From positions 17,678 through 81,677 of the forward strand of contig OZ287716.1 of the NCBI GenBank assembly GCA_965649825.1: a stretch of 64,000 nucleotides of DNA, given 5' to 3'. Made by a program: the position numbers and the translations under genes. The DNA comes from Penicillus capitatus. Lineage: Eukaryota; Plantae; Chlorophyta. The notes beneath the pieces are model-generated. The model was not told where the DNA came from. It saw only the letters and a program-made list of their open reading frames with translations, and did no database searches. Positions 27,263 to 40,675 of this stretch are shown here, piece by piece; the stretch's first letter is position 1, and each line of letters starts with the position of its first letter.

Positions 27263-28086
27263 ATGAAAAGACCCCGATCTCTCATGGCACGAATCTTGGA
27301 CGCTTTTCGAACGGGATCCAGCACACGAGGGCGTCCCATGTTCATGTGGGAGCCTCCGTCTCCTTCGGTGTGTGAATGCCGTCTTGGCTGTGCTGCAGAA
27401 CAGACCGGCGAAGCATCAATCGCCCAGAGCTGTTGGAACTTTTTCGCCTGTCCCGAGGATCTGCTCAAAACGGTCCTGCATCCTAACCACCTTGTTCCCT
27501 TGAGAGAAGCATCTGTCCCGTTGTTCAGTCTCCGAGGCAAAGCTAGACAAAATCGTGGATTTTAGTTTAGCTGTTGTGGCGGGCTATATCACAGATCCCT
27601 TCTCATCGCGGACGGCCAGACGAAGACGCCTCGTTTCGTTCAGTCATGCGACAGGAGATGGCTTTATGGTGTTCTATGTTTGCCTCTTCTATCTCCCAGC
27701 TTCTGCTCTGTGACAGATTGGTTGTGTGGAAAGGGTATTGGTGCATCCATCGTTTGCATCGGATGTCATTCTGAAGAAGACCATTGAAAGAATCACGCAA
27801 GATCTGCAGCGCATGGGATTGGAAGAAATCTTTACCATTGCACCAGACGACTTTGAAGAGGTCTTTGCTTCCTGCGGATACGGACCGGATCCAGAGAAAC
27901 ATGTGCTACTGAGACTGACCCCTGACACAGCGTCTCTTTCAACAAAGACCGCAATGTTCACACAGACAGCGAAACAGAAACAATTGCTGCTTGGTGAGCT
28001 GTTCTGTCCCACTTCATTCCTCTTCAGATTCGCTTTCTTCGCTTTCTTCAGCTTCTCTGAGCCACTCCACAAACTTCTTTGCCTGA
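27263..28086 (+). CDS. GNAT-family N-acetyltransferase-like protein (plant plastid GNAT-like); start and end uncertain
   Basis: Spliced INRPELLELF..KLDKIVDFS..RLVSFSHATGDGFMIGCVERVLVHPSF..IERITQDL..FASCGYGPD follows the GNAT motif order. Confidence 0.65.
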
Positions 28087-30626
28087 GAGAAAGGGAATTG
28101 CAGGCAGCAACTCGTTTTGGTGTTGTCTTGCCTTGTTGTAAAATAAGAGATCGTCTGGATCCGTTGCGTTTTCTTTCTCTGAGGCCCATGCGAGGAAAGC
28201 GTCTTCGGTTACCACGTCTTCATTGTAAAGAAGCTGGCAGATGTTGGGAATTATGGGACCTAGCATGTGCCCCCAATGCAATGACTGATTGAAAACGTCC
28301 TCTCCCTTGAAGAACTCCTCGAACGAAAACATCAACTCCACCTTGATCGCATGTATCGTCATCGTGCAAGATCGGAAAGGATTGCAGAACCTGGTCATCG
28401 TCATCCTTCAGGAATTTCTGCAGAATCGGTGACCACTTTTCCAAGAGCCTCTTCAAGATGTTAAAGAACTGTTTCTGTTCGGGAGCTTGGTTTAAATCAA
28501 AACGTTCTTCGGAGAAGAGATGACGGTAGACTGGTCGAATGTGTGGCGGCGGCGGCATGCACATTTGGAGGAGGGTAATGAAAATGTACTTCGCACATTC
28601 CACAAACGTCCGCACCTCTGCCAATTTCAACCCGTTGAGCTCCAAGATCACATTCTCCTAGAACGAACAAACACAATGTGCCACTCCGATGAGCGATCAG
28701 AAATGCACCTCGCTGAACTGTTGATGGACACAACGAAGGAATGTCTCGGCCACTTCCCGTGCAAAGGACTGATCCGGATCCAGAACACCTGCCGATCCCG
28801 TGCTATCGTCTTCGGAATCGTCCCCATCGCTGTCGTCGAGTTCATCCAGATACCTGAAAGGGCAAAATTCCTGACAGATCTGTTCGGAGAGGTATCACTG
28901 TGGTAGCGGTTTGGCAATGGAGAGGAGTTTTTCATGAGTTCCGTGCGGAAGCGGCCACTTGACTCCGGCTCCGTGTTCACCGACAAGAGCATTGTCAAAG
29001 TACGCGGGTCGTTCAATTCGCACAATGGGTGCTCCATCCCGCAGACCACGTGCTGCTCGTAAAGCAATTTCTTCTGGACCCTTCATCTCGTGCAAACCGA
29101 CAGGAGAGTCCAAACTTTCATTCTCTTCCGATGTCTATCAAACAGACAACGTCTCATTGCTGTCGCATTCCTCAGGGCGATGCATGCTTTGGGAATGCAT
29201 GGTAGACAGAGGGAAAGATGATGGAACGGTGGGACAGTGTGATTTCGGGCAATGACCACACCGAATGACAACACATTGCCTTCATGAACGACAGCATTGT
29301 CGTGCACGACACAGCCAGAGCAAATAACAGATCCTGTGATTTGCACATTCTTGCCCACAACGACGCCGTCAAAGAGATAGCTGCCGGAGATGGCGCTCTC
29401 GCTGCCAATGGAACATTCCTTTCCGATCACAGACTCCGTCACGCTAGTGCGGTTTCGGATAACTGTCTTCGGTCCGATACAGACCCGGCCATTCAACTGT
29501 ACGGACAGCGGCAGCTTCAAATCGGATGCCAGATACTGATTGCCGCGTTGGATCTGGTAAGTCGCGCCGTAGATAGCCCTGGTAAAGATACGGGTATCGG
29601 GGGAAAAGGGATAGGTCCATCGGCCAAGAATATCTCGACTGACGGCATCATATCGACGCCAATGTCGCACACGTTGTGCATACTCCCTGCGACACTCATG
29701 GAAGAAGATCTTGTTTCCGAGCTCTTCTTCAGACAAGACACCACCGAGAAAATCGCACGAGAGGTTCTGGTAATCAAAGTTCTCGGAGAATGATAGCAGG
29801 ACCTCTGGAGCACAGATGTAGAGTTGAGCATCCAACAAATCTGTCCGCACCTGAGACACCTTCTCATCGCGGCCGACAGTAAAGGTGTGTGTCTACTTGA
29901 ACAGAATCGCGTTCAGAGAAGACATATGTCTCAAACTCCAGAGACGCAGATCTGGAAGCACGTTTCGGCAGGTGGTACTTCAAGAGCCTATGCGTTTCGC
30001 TGTCCACGACGGCATGGCTGAAGGATTCTCCCAGCATCCATCGCTGCTTGGTATCATGGCCACTTGTCATGACGACGGTTAAGATCGCATTGGAATCCTG
30101 CTTTCTTCGATGTCGATGTGCCTCCACTGCTTCTTTGAGTTTCAGATTGGCTACGAAGTCGCCATGTAGCACCAGGAAATCGCTCTTTATCATATGCATC
30201 TGATCCACAAAACGCATCGCGTCGCCAACGGAGCTGCAGTTCTGCCCGATGATCGTGCGGACTTTCATAAATTCGGAATCCTCTGACCACTTGGATTGTT
30301 TCAGATAAGATGTCACCTGTGCTGTATGATGACAGCAGAACACCAAAACCTTCTCGCACAGATTTCACCGTTTTCTCCATCTCACACTTTTTTCGCACCT
30401 CATCGACGTCATTAGCAGCCAACCACTCCAAGGAATACTCAATGAGAGGAACTTGAATCAATGGCAGCAGCACTGGTGCACACTCGACGCTCACAGGGGC
30501 AAGACTCTGGAAAACAGGATGCGAAGGGCAACATCAATCGTCGAAATGTACGTTGTCAAAGGTGTCTGCTAAGAGAATGGCCACTAGAGTCGTTCTCTCT
30601 TGAACAGTCTCTTTTCTGGGCGCCAT
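28014..30626 (-). CDS. EIF2B5: Translation initiation factor eIF2B epsilon subunit
   Basis: LVAILLADTF, VLLPLIQVPLIEYSLEWL, DFLVLHGDFVAN, hexapeptide (LbH) repeats, W2 domain and C-terminal FVEWLREAEESEE*. Confidence 0.93.
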
Positions 30627-30729
30627 CCGCGTCACGGCCAACAAGGTGCAATGTCAGCACACGATGATCCGAAACGGACAATTGTTCTCGACAGCAATTG
30701 CAACAACGACCGCACCCGTCTGTCGCAAA

Positions 30730-32588
30730 ATGGATAGGACACACCAGAGACGCATGGCTGTCGTGGCTGGACACGTGGTGAAAGAAAAAGCCGCGCCGAA
30801 GAAAGACAAGACTGGAACCCTGACGCTCACAGACAGCCGAACGAACGCAACTTACACCGTCGGTCGCACAACAGTGCATCCTCCGTCATGAGATATACCT
30901 CTCTAGATTCCCATCTCCAATCGAGGGACGGTCAAGGCTGTGGACTTCAGGAAGATCAAGATCAATGCAGACGATCCGGGACTGAAGCTCTACGATCCTG
31001 GGTAATCGATTTGTCCATCTCAACTCTCTTGTGAGGTGCTTTCGTTCTTAGCTACATGAATACGGCACCTGTGGTGTCCTCTATTTCGTTTATTGATGGA
31101 GAGAAGGGCATTCTGCGTTACAGAGGTTATCCCATCGAGCAGTTGGCTGAGAAATCATCGTTTGTGGAAGTGGCCTATCTGTTGATGTATGGGGAGCTGC
31201 CTGCACAAGAGGAGTTCGATCGATGGAATGAAGCAGTCATGAGACACACGGCGCTTCCTGCATCTGTCCGAGCGGCAATCGATGCACTGCCTCACGATGC
31301 CCATCCTATGGGAACCATCTTGACAGGAATGTGTGCTCTTTCGACCTTTCATCCAGAACAAAACCCAGCGATGTCTGGACAGTCCATTTACCAGAACAGA
31401 AACGTACAGGACAAGCAGATAGTCCGTATCTTGGGCAAGGTACAGAGTGTAATGGTAATGAGAGGAATGTACGAGACGAATGGATTGCTCTGTCTGTGCA
31501 GATACCGTCACTCGCAGCTCTGGCATACCATCGTGCTTCAGGCAGATGTGCCGCTGAGCCGAATCAGTCTTTGAGCTACGTCGAGAATTTCATGTACATG
31601 TTAGATGCCGGTCCCAGAACAGACTATCGACCGCATCCACGTCTCGTCAAAATCTTGGTAGGCCAATGCAGAAATGAGGGCGCATGACATCTGTCTGTGT
31701 GATGATGTTGACAGGACATCTTGTTTATTCTTCATGCAGAGCATGAGATGAACTGCTCGACGGCAGCTGTTCGTCATTTGGCATCGAGTGGTGTCGATGT
31801 CTTCACAGCTGTGGCTGGGGCACTAGGAGCTCTCTATGGTCCATTGCATGGCGGCGCCAACGAAGCCGTGCTGCACATGCTTGAATCGATCGGAGATGTG
31901 CAGAACATCCCTCACTTCCTGGAGAGGGTGAAGAAGAAAGAGGTCAAGCTCTCCGGATTCGGTCATCGTGTTTACAAGAATTTTGATCCGAGGGCCACCA
32001 TCATACGCACAGTGAGACCAGACAGACCGCTTGGTTGACTTAGTGAGAGGAATGTGTCTGTTGTTGCATCTCAGTTGGCAGATGAAGTGTTCAGCATTGT
32101 GGGATACGATCGGTTGATCGATGTTGCCGTGGCGCTGATGAAAACAGCATTGTCCGACAGTTACTTCATCGAGAGGAAACTCTATCCCAATGTCGATTTT
32201 TTCTCTGGATTAGTGTACAGAGCCCTTGGCTTTCCACCTCAGTACTTTACGGTCCTCTTTGCCATTCCTCGGTATCTCTGAATGACATTTCACACAATAT
32301 ACGAAAACATGCATAACGCATTTCTGTTTGCAGAATTGCTGGTTATCTGGCACATTGGAGAGAGTCTTTGGCCGATCCTGATGCGAAGATCATGCGACCG
32401 CAGCAAGATTACAATGGCATCGCATTAAGAGCTTATCAAGACATAGAGGACCGAGCACCGATGGGTGAGATTACAGGTCATCACACTGTTCTAAAAAAGC
32501 TTATTCGTGATCATCAGGCACCTCAATGAGTGACATCGCGCCCTCGAATGCCTACAAGCGACGCATCGCCGGAGCACATTGGAAATAG
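30730..32588 (+). CDS. CSY: Citrate synthase (plant peroxisomal/glyoxysomal type, PTS2-like [10 protein letters not shown]-terminus)
   Basis: [73 protein letters not shown] and C-terminal NAYKRRIAG. Confidence 0.96.
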
Positions 32589-32764
32589 ACGATGACATTT
32601 GTTTTTAGGAACGGGCCGTTACAAAGACGATCATTGAGAGTTCGGATCGTGTGTATAGTGGTGGTGGTGGTGGTGCTTGCAAGAATGAAATTGTACAGAA
32701 ACAATGCATCCAGTCCTTTGTCTTGATCGACTGCGAATCCGGTACTCTACAATGATACGGTTTT

Positions 32765-33624
32765 TCAATAGAGGAAAGCACATGGCCTTGCATCTTCTCC
32801 CAGACCCGCGATCTTTCCAGAGTGCTGTCTGACGTACTCCAGATTTGGGTAGTAGCGTTGAATCAGACGAAAAAATGTGCAAGCTGTCAGCAGACTGTCA
32901 GAGCCTGCTTGATGGGACGTGCCCACCCTCTTCACATCCAAAGCCTCTGCCAGTCGACTCAGCCCTCCCTGCAGCTCCGCCATGAATTTCACCACAGGAA
33001 GATACTTGATGTCGTAGAGATTAGGGAAGAACAATTTCACCAGCTCAAAGAAATCCGTTTCCTTTTCGGGTAGAGGACGACATGTGAGTGCTTTGAGGAG
33101 ATAACCAACATCATATTGTGTTGCAAAGCCGACCCAGTGGACCGTCTCGTTGAGAACCATACCCGATGTCATGAGCAGTTCAGAGAAGTGATGGATATCG
33201 ACTCCGTGGTCATTGTTCGTCTCGAAGTCGATACCTGCCTCTTGTAGCAATTCCAGACTGTCATGAGCATAGAGATCCACTTCGGGACTAAATTCCTTAA
33301 AATTCAGTTGCCATGAGCAGGGCCGACCCTCCACGACAGGCAGCTCCCCGTTTTCATCCATAAGAGTCACGCCTAGCTGAATCAATTTGAGCATATCGAC
33401 GTTCAGTTTCAACGCTTTGTATTCGCCCGCTTCGGTCTTGTCCAACGAGCTATGAACAGAGCCTCAGCAAAGACGCCACGATGCTGGCTGTCGCACCGGA
33501 CAAGTGTTCCAGGAAACTCCGTGTCGAAGGCAATGTAGGGGTAAATGTCGACGAGTTTCGACATCAAGTTTATTTCTTCTTCCAAGTTCACTTCCCAAAC
33601 GTTGCGAATAAACGGCCGTTCCAT
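32765..33624 (-). CDS. CAF1: CCR4-associated factor 1 deadenylase (DEDD nuclease)
   Basis: [47 protein letters not shown] and [10 protein letters not shown]. One 47-nt intron. Confidence 0.95.
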
Positions 33625-33702
33625 TCTTTTGTGTTGTCGTTGGCAATACCAGTGTGCAAAAGAGATGAAATCACGCAGAAAGGTGTCACGTCGTCGTCTC
33701 AA

Positions 33703-36700
33703 ATGGCTGGCAGCTCGAGACCCGATTTCAATGCACTTCCACAGCCGGCAAACTATGTCCCTGGATTGGGGCGTGGAGCCACAGGATTTACGACGCGGTC
33801 GGATATTGGTCCGGCACGTATAGGACCCGACCTCACAAACGACCCTGCGGTTCTCGAATCGTTCTTCTGGTTGATTGGTCCGAAGGTGGTCAGTGATGCT
33901 TTTAGGTTCAGGGTGGTGGTGCCCCCGAGAACGAAGAAGATGCTGAGGTGGATGATTCGAAATTCGACGAATTCATGGGCAACGATTCTGGCATCTTTGC
34001 TGCCGGAACGTACGGGGAGTATGATGAAGATGATCGCGAGGCCGATGAGATTTGGGATGCCGTCGATCAGCACATGGATTTGAGAAGACGCGACCGACGG
34101 GAACGACGATTGAAAGAGGAAATCGAGAAGTTTCGTTCCGAGAATCCCAAGATCACTGAACAGTTTGCCGATCTGAAACGCAAACTGATGGATGTGACAG
34201 ATGAAGAGTGGGATGCCATTCCTGCCATCGGTGACTACACCATTCGAAAAGAACCGAGGTGTGGATCGTGACCCAAGGAAAAAGAGTGAGTGATGTGTGA
34301 GACGTGTTGTAGGTTTCAGAGTTTTCTCCCCGTTCCCGATACCCTCTTGGCCAAAGCGGCAGCAGAGAAGGAATTGGAGACAAGTATACAGCCGGGCCTA
34401 GAGACGCCCTTTACCGGAGAACGGACAACGACAGATCTCACGGCTGTGGGTCCGTCACGCATCACACTTTTTCTCTTGTTTTCAAGAGGGCGATGTTGAA
34501 GGCGAGGGAAGAGGGACGGTGATTAAGTTGAAACTGGATACCATGGCGGACTCCGTTTCTGGTCAGACAGTCGTCGATCCGAAAGGATACTTGACGGATC
34601 TAAAGAGTGTCAAAATCACATCCGATGCCGAAATCAGCGATATCAAGAAAGCACGGTTGTTACTCAAGAGTGTCATCCAGACGAACCAGAAGCACGGCCC
34701 TGGTTGGATTGCAGCGGCCAGACTGGAAGAAATGGTTTTCCTTGGCATCTTCTCTCTCCATCTTTAAATGCATGCTTGCTGTGTTGCACCAGGCGGGACA
34801 TCTGCAGACGGCACGGAAGACGATACAGGAAGGCTGTGAGCTGTGTCCACACAATGAGGATGTCTGGTTGGAAGCGGCCAGATTGCATCCTGCTGAGAAA
34901 TCTAAAGCGATCCTTGCGCGTGGTGTCTCGAACAATCCAACATCTGTTAAGCTCTGGATGCAAGCCTCTAAACTCGAACAGGCAAGAAAGCATACAAGGA
35001 GGAGCACCATTTTCCTTAACGTTTTCTGCTGTTCAGGATGAAGATGCTAAAGCGCGGGTCTTGCGCAAAGCACTGGAGCGCATTCCCAATTCTGTCCGAC
35101 TGTGGAAGGCGGCTGTTGAGTTGGCCGATGAAGAAGATGCTCGACTTCTGCTGTCCAGAGCTGTCGAATGCTGCCCACAACACGTCGAATTGTGGTTGGC
35201 ATTGGCTAAACTCGAGACCTATGAAAACGCAAAGAAAGTGTTAAACAAGGCACGGCAAGCAGTGCCGACGGATACATCTGTTTGGGTCACCGCTGCAAAA
35301 CTGGAAGAAGCACAGGGGAATTTGAAGATGGTCCATAAGATCATCTCCCGCGGAATTGAGTCTCTCAGAGCAAACGGCGTCGTCATCGATAGGTCTAGAT
35401 ACAATGTCGTGCAGGATGGCGTACCATCTGGTGCTGCTCCTGTAGAGATTGGTGGCTGAAAGAGGCAGAGTATGCGGAACGCGCCACACCTCCATTGCTG
35501 ACCACATGCAGTGCCATCGTCGAACAAGTCTTGGGCATTGGCGTCGAGGCAGAGGATCGCTTGTCGGTATGGATTGCAGATGCAGACGATGCAGAGCGCA
35601 AAGGCAGCATTGAGACGGCAAAGGCCATCTACAGACATATGATCGCTGTCTTTCCAGAACAACAGGATGTCTGGAAGGGGGCTGCCCATCTGGAGCGCAC
35701 ACATGGAACACGGGAGGAACTCGATGCTTTGCTGTTGAATGCTGTGAAGCACTGTCCCAATGAACAAGTGCTCTGGTTGATGGCAGCAAAAGAGAAGTGG
35801 TTAGCAGGAGATGTTCCTGCAGCACGGCAGATCTTGGCTTCAGCTTTTGAGTCGAATCCTAACAGCGAAGACATTTACTTGGCTGCCTTCAAGCTCGAGT
35901 TTGAAAACAACGAACCAGAACGAGCAAAAGCCATTCTTGATAAGGTCTTTGTTTTTGACGGTTGGGGTTTGTGTGAGATATGGCGTGTTGTTTTCTGTTA
36001 GGCATTGCAGAGTTCCGTGATTCAATCGCCACGTGTCTGGATGAAGGCAGCCATTGTCGAACGTGAACTGGGTAATGCAGACATGGAACGTCATTTCCTC
36101 AAAGAAGGCATTCAAAAGTTTCCAACCTTTGCAAAGTTCTGGATGATGTTGGGGCAATTGGAAGCGAGAGTCAAATCCAAAGAGATCGCACGGAATGCCT
36201 ACACCGCAGGACTCAAAAAATGTGACGATTCTGTGCCGCTATGGATTGCTGCTGCTCAGCTAGAAGAGCAGGACGGTAGAGTCCTCGTTGCTCGCAGTAT
36301 CTTGGAACAGGCAAGAAGAAAGAACCTTGGTGTCCCTGAGCTGTGGCTGGCGGCCGTTCGTGTGGAAAGACGGTCAGAACACACACGTGAGGCCGAGTCT
36401 CTTCTGGCAAAAGGACTTCAAGAATGTCCCAAGAGTGGATTACTGCTGTCCGAATCCATTCGTATGGCCCCACGCGCTCAGCGCAAGAGCAAGTGTGTGG
36501 AGGCACTCAAAAGAAGCGAGAATGACCCACATGTCATTGCTGCCGTTGCCGAGCTCTTCCTTTTCGATCGCAAAGTACTGCCATCTCACTCTTTTGCTTT
36601 TCGCTGTGCTTAGAGGAACGGATGCGTCCTAGGTGGAGAAAGCACGTTCGTGGTTGCAACGTTGTGTGACATTGAATCCGGACATTGGCGATCATTGGGC

Positions 36701-36896
36701 GTTGCTTTACAGTCTGGAATGCCATCACGGGACAGCCGCCTCGCAGCAGAGTGTGGTGGATCGCTGTGTCGCTGCGCAGCCACATCACGGAGAGCGTTGG
36801 ACACGGATTTCTAAATCTCAAGAGAATGCGCACAACAGTACAGAGTCTTTACTAAAGAAAGTAGCTCAATATTTGGAATCCACCCCCATTCCTTGA
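33703..36896 (+). CDS. PRP6: Pre-mRNA splicing factor PRP6 (STA1), HAT/TPR repeats
   Basis: [69 protein letters not shown] and HAT repeats ending DIGDHWA. Confidence 0.97.
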
Positions 36897-37469
36897 GAAC
36901 AACCGAACGGAGCTATACATTGAGCGTGTTAATACGTCTGGCAGAGCTAGTCTTAAAGAAAGGCACCGGATTCACAAATGCCTTCCTTGCGAAATCTGGA
37001 TGGATGCCTCAAAATGACTAAACCCACACAAGCACATATTTCCCATTATGTGCATGGAATCGTCAGCACAGCGAAGCGATCCAGTTCCCAAAACAGTCAT
37101 CCGTGACAAAATTTTCTTGTCAAAGGTTAATGTCAAGGGTCTGCGCATATAGAGGGTCTCAATCAGAAAGTTGGAAGCTGACGAACAAACGTCTCGATGT
37201 CAAAAAGAGACATTCCGTCGTGGGTCGCGTCATGATCCCGTCTACATTGCAAAGAGAAAAACGAGCTTCCATTGATTTGTGTGGGCACAGCACCTGTGTC
37301 ACAACACCAAAACGGAGTTGAGCACAACAACGGAAGAAACAATGGACTGTGGCAAGAAACAACTGCTGTTCAGAGACTGAACAACAGCAAACATTGAAAA
37401 TAAAGATATTATGGGTGAGGGATAGAAGGATTGTGTTTTGATTTGGGCAGAGAAAAGAATCTGTGTCAT

Positions 37470-38865
37470 TCAAGAAAACAATGCTGTGGTGGGTGGTGTG
37501 GCCATTGGTGCGGCAGCTGGTGCAGCAGAAGCACTCTTTTCAGCCATCTTCCACAGTACCTTTGGCCGAGGTGCATCGTTCTTGGACAGGTAGAGGCCAC
37601 AGGCATTGCACAGCGGCAGTCCATCTTGTTTATCTTTCCTCCAAAATGGCGTCTCATTGGTACCACAATTTTTGCAGACCTGCAAGAAGCGTATGTCACA
37701 CTTCGATCACACTTTCTCGGCATACGCGTTCATCGTGTCTGGGCCGTCTGCCTTTTTTACTGCTACCGGTGTGCAGGTCTGAGTTGTGGGTTGCATCATT
37801 TTTGCGTCTTCTCTTCGTTCCACTGTTCGTTCCCTGTCCCTTATCATCCATCGTCATCATTTGCTGATAAAATGCTTCTTCTCCAAAACTGGCATAAGTT
37901 CCGTGTAATGCAGCGAGTCCTCCAGCTGTCGGCAATGACCACCCTAACTGCGTTGCCGAAGCAGTCATTCCCTTGGGACCCAACATTGTGTAGGCTCCCG
38001 ATAGATAAGCCTGCCACCACAGCATCATTACGGCCTGCTGCTGCTGTTGTTGCTGCTGTTGCATCTGCTGCCACTGGCATGCCACATAATAAGGAATGCC
38101 CATCACAACAGAGTCGACAGATGCTTCGGACGCATCGATCGCCTCTTCCTCCATCGTATCGCTCGAGGCATTCGGACCGTCTAATGGCAACGGACACTCT
38201 TCATGATCACTTCTCGTCGAGGACGAATTGCGTCCATCTTCCACATCTGCAGGAAATTGGGCGTAATTCTCCGCATCCATCTTCAGCGTCTCGTGCTCTC
38301 GGAAGAAACTGGACATGTCAAACAAATCGTGCCCAGCTTCGTCGACACAGAAATCCGATTTGTTCACAGCGTAGTCGCGCAGTTGTTCCCTTTTGGCTAA
38401 TGCATGTCGTTTTGCATTATCGAGGAAGCAGCAGTTGTTTTGTGCCCCATGCCAGGCTTCAACCGCAGACCTCTCGCCATATTCGCAATAACTGTGAAAC
38501 TCGGCCGAACGCGAGGCGGCAGTGAGATACCCCTTTCTACCACCATTCTCTTGTTGTCTACAAACGACGTAACGAAGGCGTTGGTGAGGTGCTTTGAGCG
38601 ACAAGGGTTCTTTGGCGGTTGACAATGATGGCGGCTTCTCACCTCCAGTCGACGGAATGCATCGAAGCTTGTTGTTTTGAAGAAGAAGAGTGAATCGCCG
38701 AACCCGACACACACGATGCACGTCCCTCCGCGCTTCTCGATGGAATTTCCACAAGCCTTGACGTGATGTGAAAGGCAGCCGCGATCCAAAAACGTGATGG
38801 TGACACATTTCTCGCATTTCTGAAACATCCAAGCCTATCAGAGCGTTGTGTACAACCCTCCTCAT
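37470..38865 (-). CDS. GATA-type zinc-finger transcription factor with a polyglutamine tract; start uncertain
   Basis: The last exon encodes CKNCGTNETPFWRKDKQDGLPLCNACGL (C-x2-C-x18-C-x2-C). It is joined to a long upstream ORF by a 46-nt GT-AG intron. Confidence 0.8.
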
Positions 38866-39033
38866 AGTTGAAAGAGGACGCTAACTGACTGACGGATGGA
38901 CCGAGACGCCTAGATATACCCTAAGGGCATGCCCATCAGATACTGTCTTAAACGGAGAGCAACAAGAACCCCACTATTAGACTGAAGAAGGCATCATACG
39001 TGCATGTCGAATAAATATAGCACAACAATCCAT

Positions 39034-40463
39034 TCATGTTGTTTTGGATGTTATGATGGCATTGTCTTCCAGCTCTCTTTGTGCAGGAGGCGGAGGACCT
39101 TCTGCACTTCCATTATCAATCAGACAGAGCAGTCCAGAGCAGGAGACATTTGTTATAGACGTCGTCTGTCCTTCATGGCCCCCACCTTCCGTCATCTCCC
39201 TGGCCACGGCCGTCAGGCTCTGAGGAGCGCTTGTGGAGGATGTTGGGTCATCTTGCGCTTCTTTCTTCAAGAGCACGGGTAGACTCGAGAGCAATTGCTG
39301 CATATCTGAAGGAGCACCTCCATCCTTATTGTGATTCACGAGAAGAGAAAGGGTCAACTGTCCTGTTCCAGTTGTGGGTGCCTGATTCACGGCCATATCA
39401 GATTCCTGTGCAGCACCTGACTTCGATGCGGCGCCCGATGTTGCCTGAACGGCGCCTGTGCTTTCCAGAGAGGGATCCGAAGACTGCTGAGCAGGTGTCT
39501 CATCTACCTGCATGTCTCGGTCACCCTGTCCGCTCGAATCTTGAGCTGCTGTCGTCGGCAACAGGATAATGCAATACTTCGATTCCGTAGAATGTGGAAT
39601 CGATACATAAGATCTGCACAATCAGGCAGAGTTCATACGACCACAGATGCACGGCATCGTCACCTCTGAGTCTGCGGAATAGAGTTGGCAGGGGTAGATG
39701 GCTGAGTCAGTGACATAACGGCCGGAAGGTTCTGTTCAAGTTCTGTAGTCGTCGTAGCATTTGTCGTCGTTGTCTTTGGATTCGCTTCATTCCTTTCAGT
39801 TTTCTTAAAGCTCATTGATCTTGATTTCTTTTCATGCGAATTCGTATGGGATGTTTGTTGCCTCTTGCGTCGAGGAGTGGAGGAGACACTGTGCTCACCG
39901 CTGGACATCGCCTCGTCTGGGTAAAATGTGCGTTCATAGGGCAATAGCCATTTCGTGAAAGCCCTTTTGATATTATTGGAAACATTCTTATCGGCACTCG
40001 TACCCCCAAATATTCTTCCAATCTGAGCCCAATGTTTCATCTCACACACCTATATGGCAGTCACTCTTTTGGTGACGGCGGTTCTCCCAGTCCGGCAGTA
40101 AACGCACCCGGCTCGAACCTCCACTTTTCCGCACGGCATGCCAGAGTTTCTCGAGATCTAGCGGCGCCCTATTGAACTTAGGAATCTGGAGAAGACACAT
40201 GTCTTATACGTTATGCTCCATTGGAGGAAATCGATTTTTGTCCGACGGTAAAGCGTTTTCAATCAAAACAGTGTCAGCCGCCTTCGTCGTGGCCGCGACG
40301 CGTGTGCAGGATGTCAAAGACAGCGGTTGAAGTGTGAAGGTCATAAACGCTGCCTTTTTGGGTGAAGGAGAGACATTACCTTCAAAGTCACTCCACGGAG
40401 TGAATGAAACCGCGTCAATTCTTCGACAAAAGCCGCTTTCGTCGCAGCGATTTGGTCACTCAT
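39034..40463 (-). CDS. ARID/BRIGHT DNA-binding domain protein
   Basis: Spliced AFVEELTRFHSLRGVTLK|IPKFNRAPLDLEKLWHAVRKSGGSSR|VCEMKHWAQIG..IKRAFTKWLLPYE, followed by a disordered tail. Confidence 0.82.
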
Positions 40464-40675
40464 TCGCACCCGGCAATCGTATCGTCCTTCAAAACCAGCT
40501 GAGTGTTTGGCAGCTCGGAAAATTATCTCATGGACAAAAAGTGATGCGACTGTTCAATGAAACGCTCGTCATCACAAACGTCCCATCACGAACATCTAGA
40601 CCGTAGTCAAGGGGAAACCACTTCACCCGCAAGGCGCTGTTTTGTCCAAGCGGACAGCTCAGCACACAGCCAATG

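Noticed and set aside
30376-30396. AAAAAGTGTGAGATG shared between an eIF2B-epsilon intron and the module's AT-rich tract
   Set aside because: It is a single low-complexity 15-mer without the partner half-site, compatible with chance.
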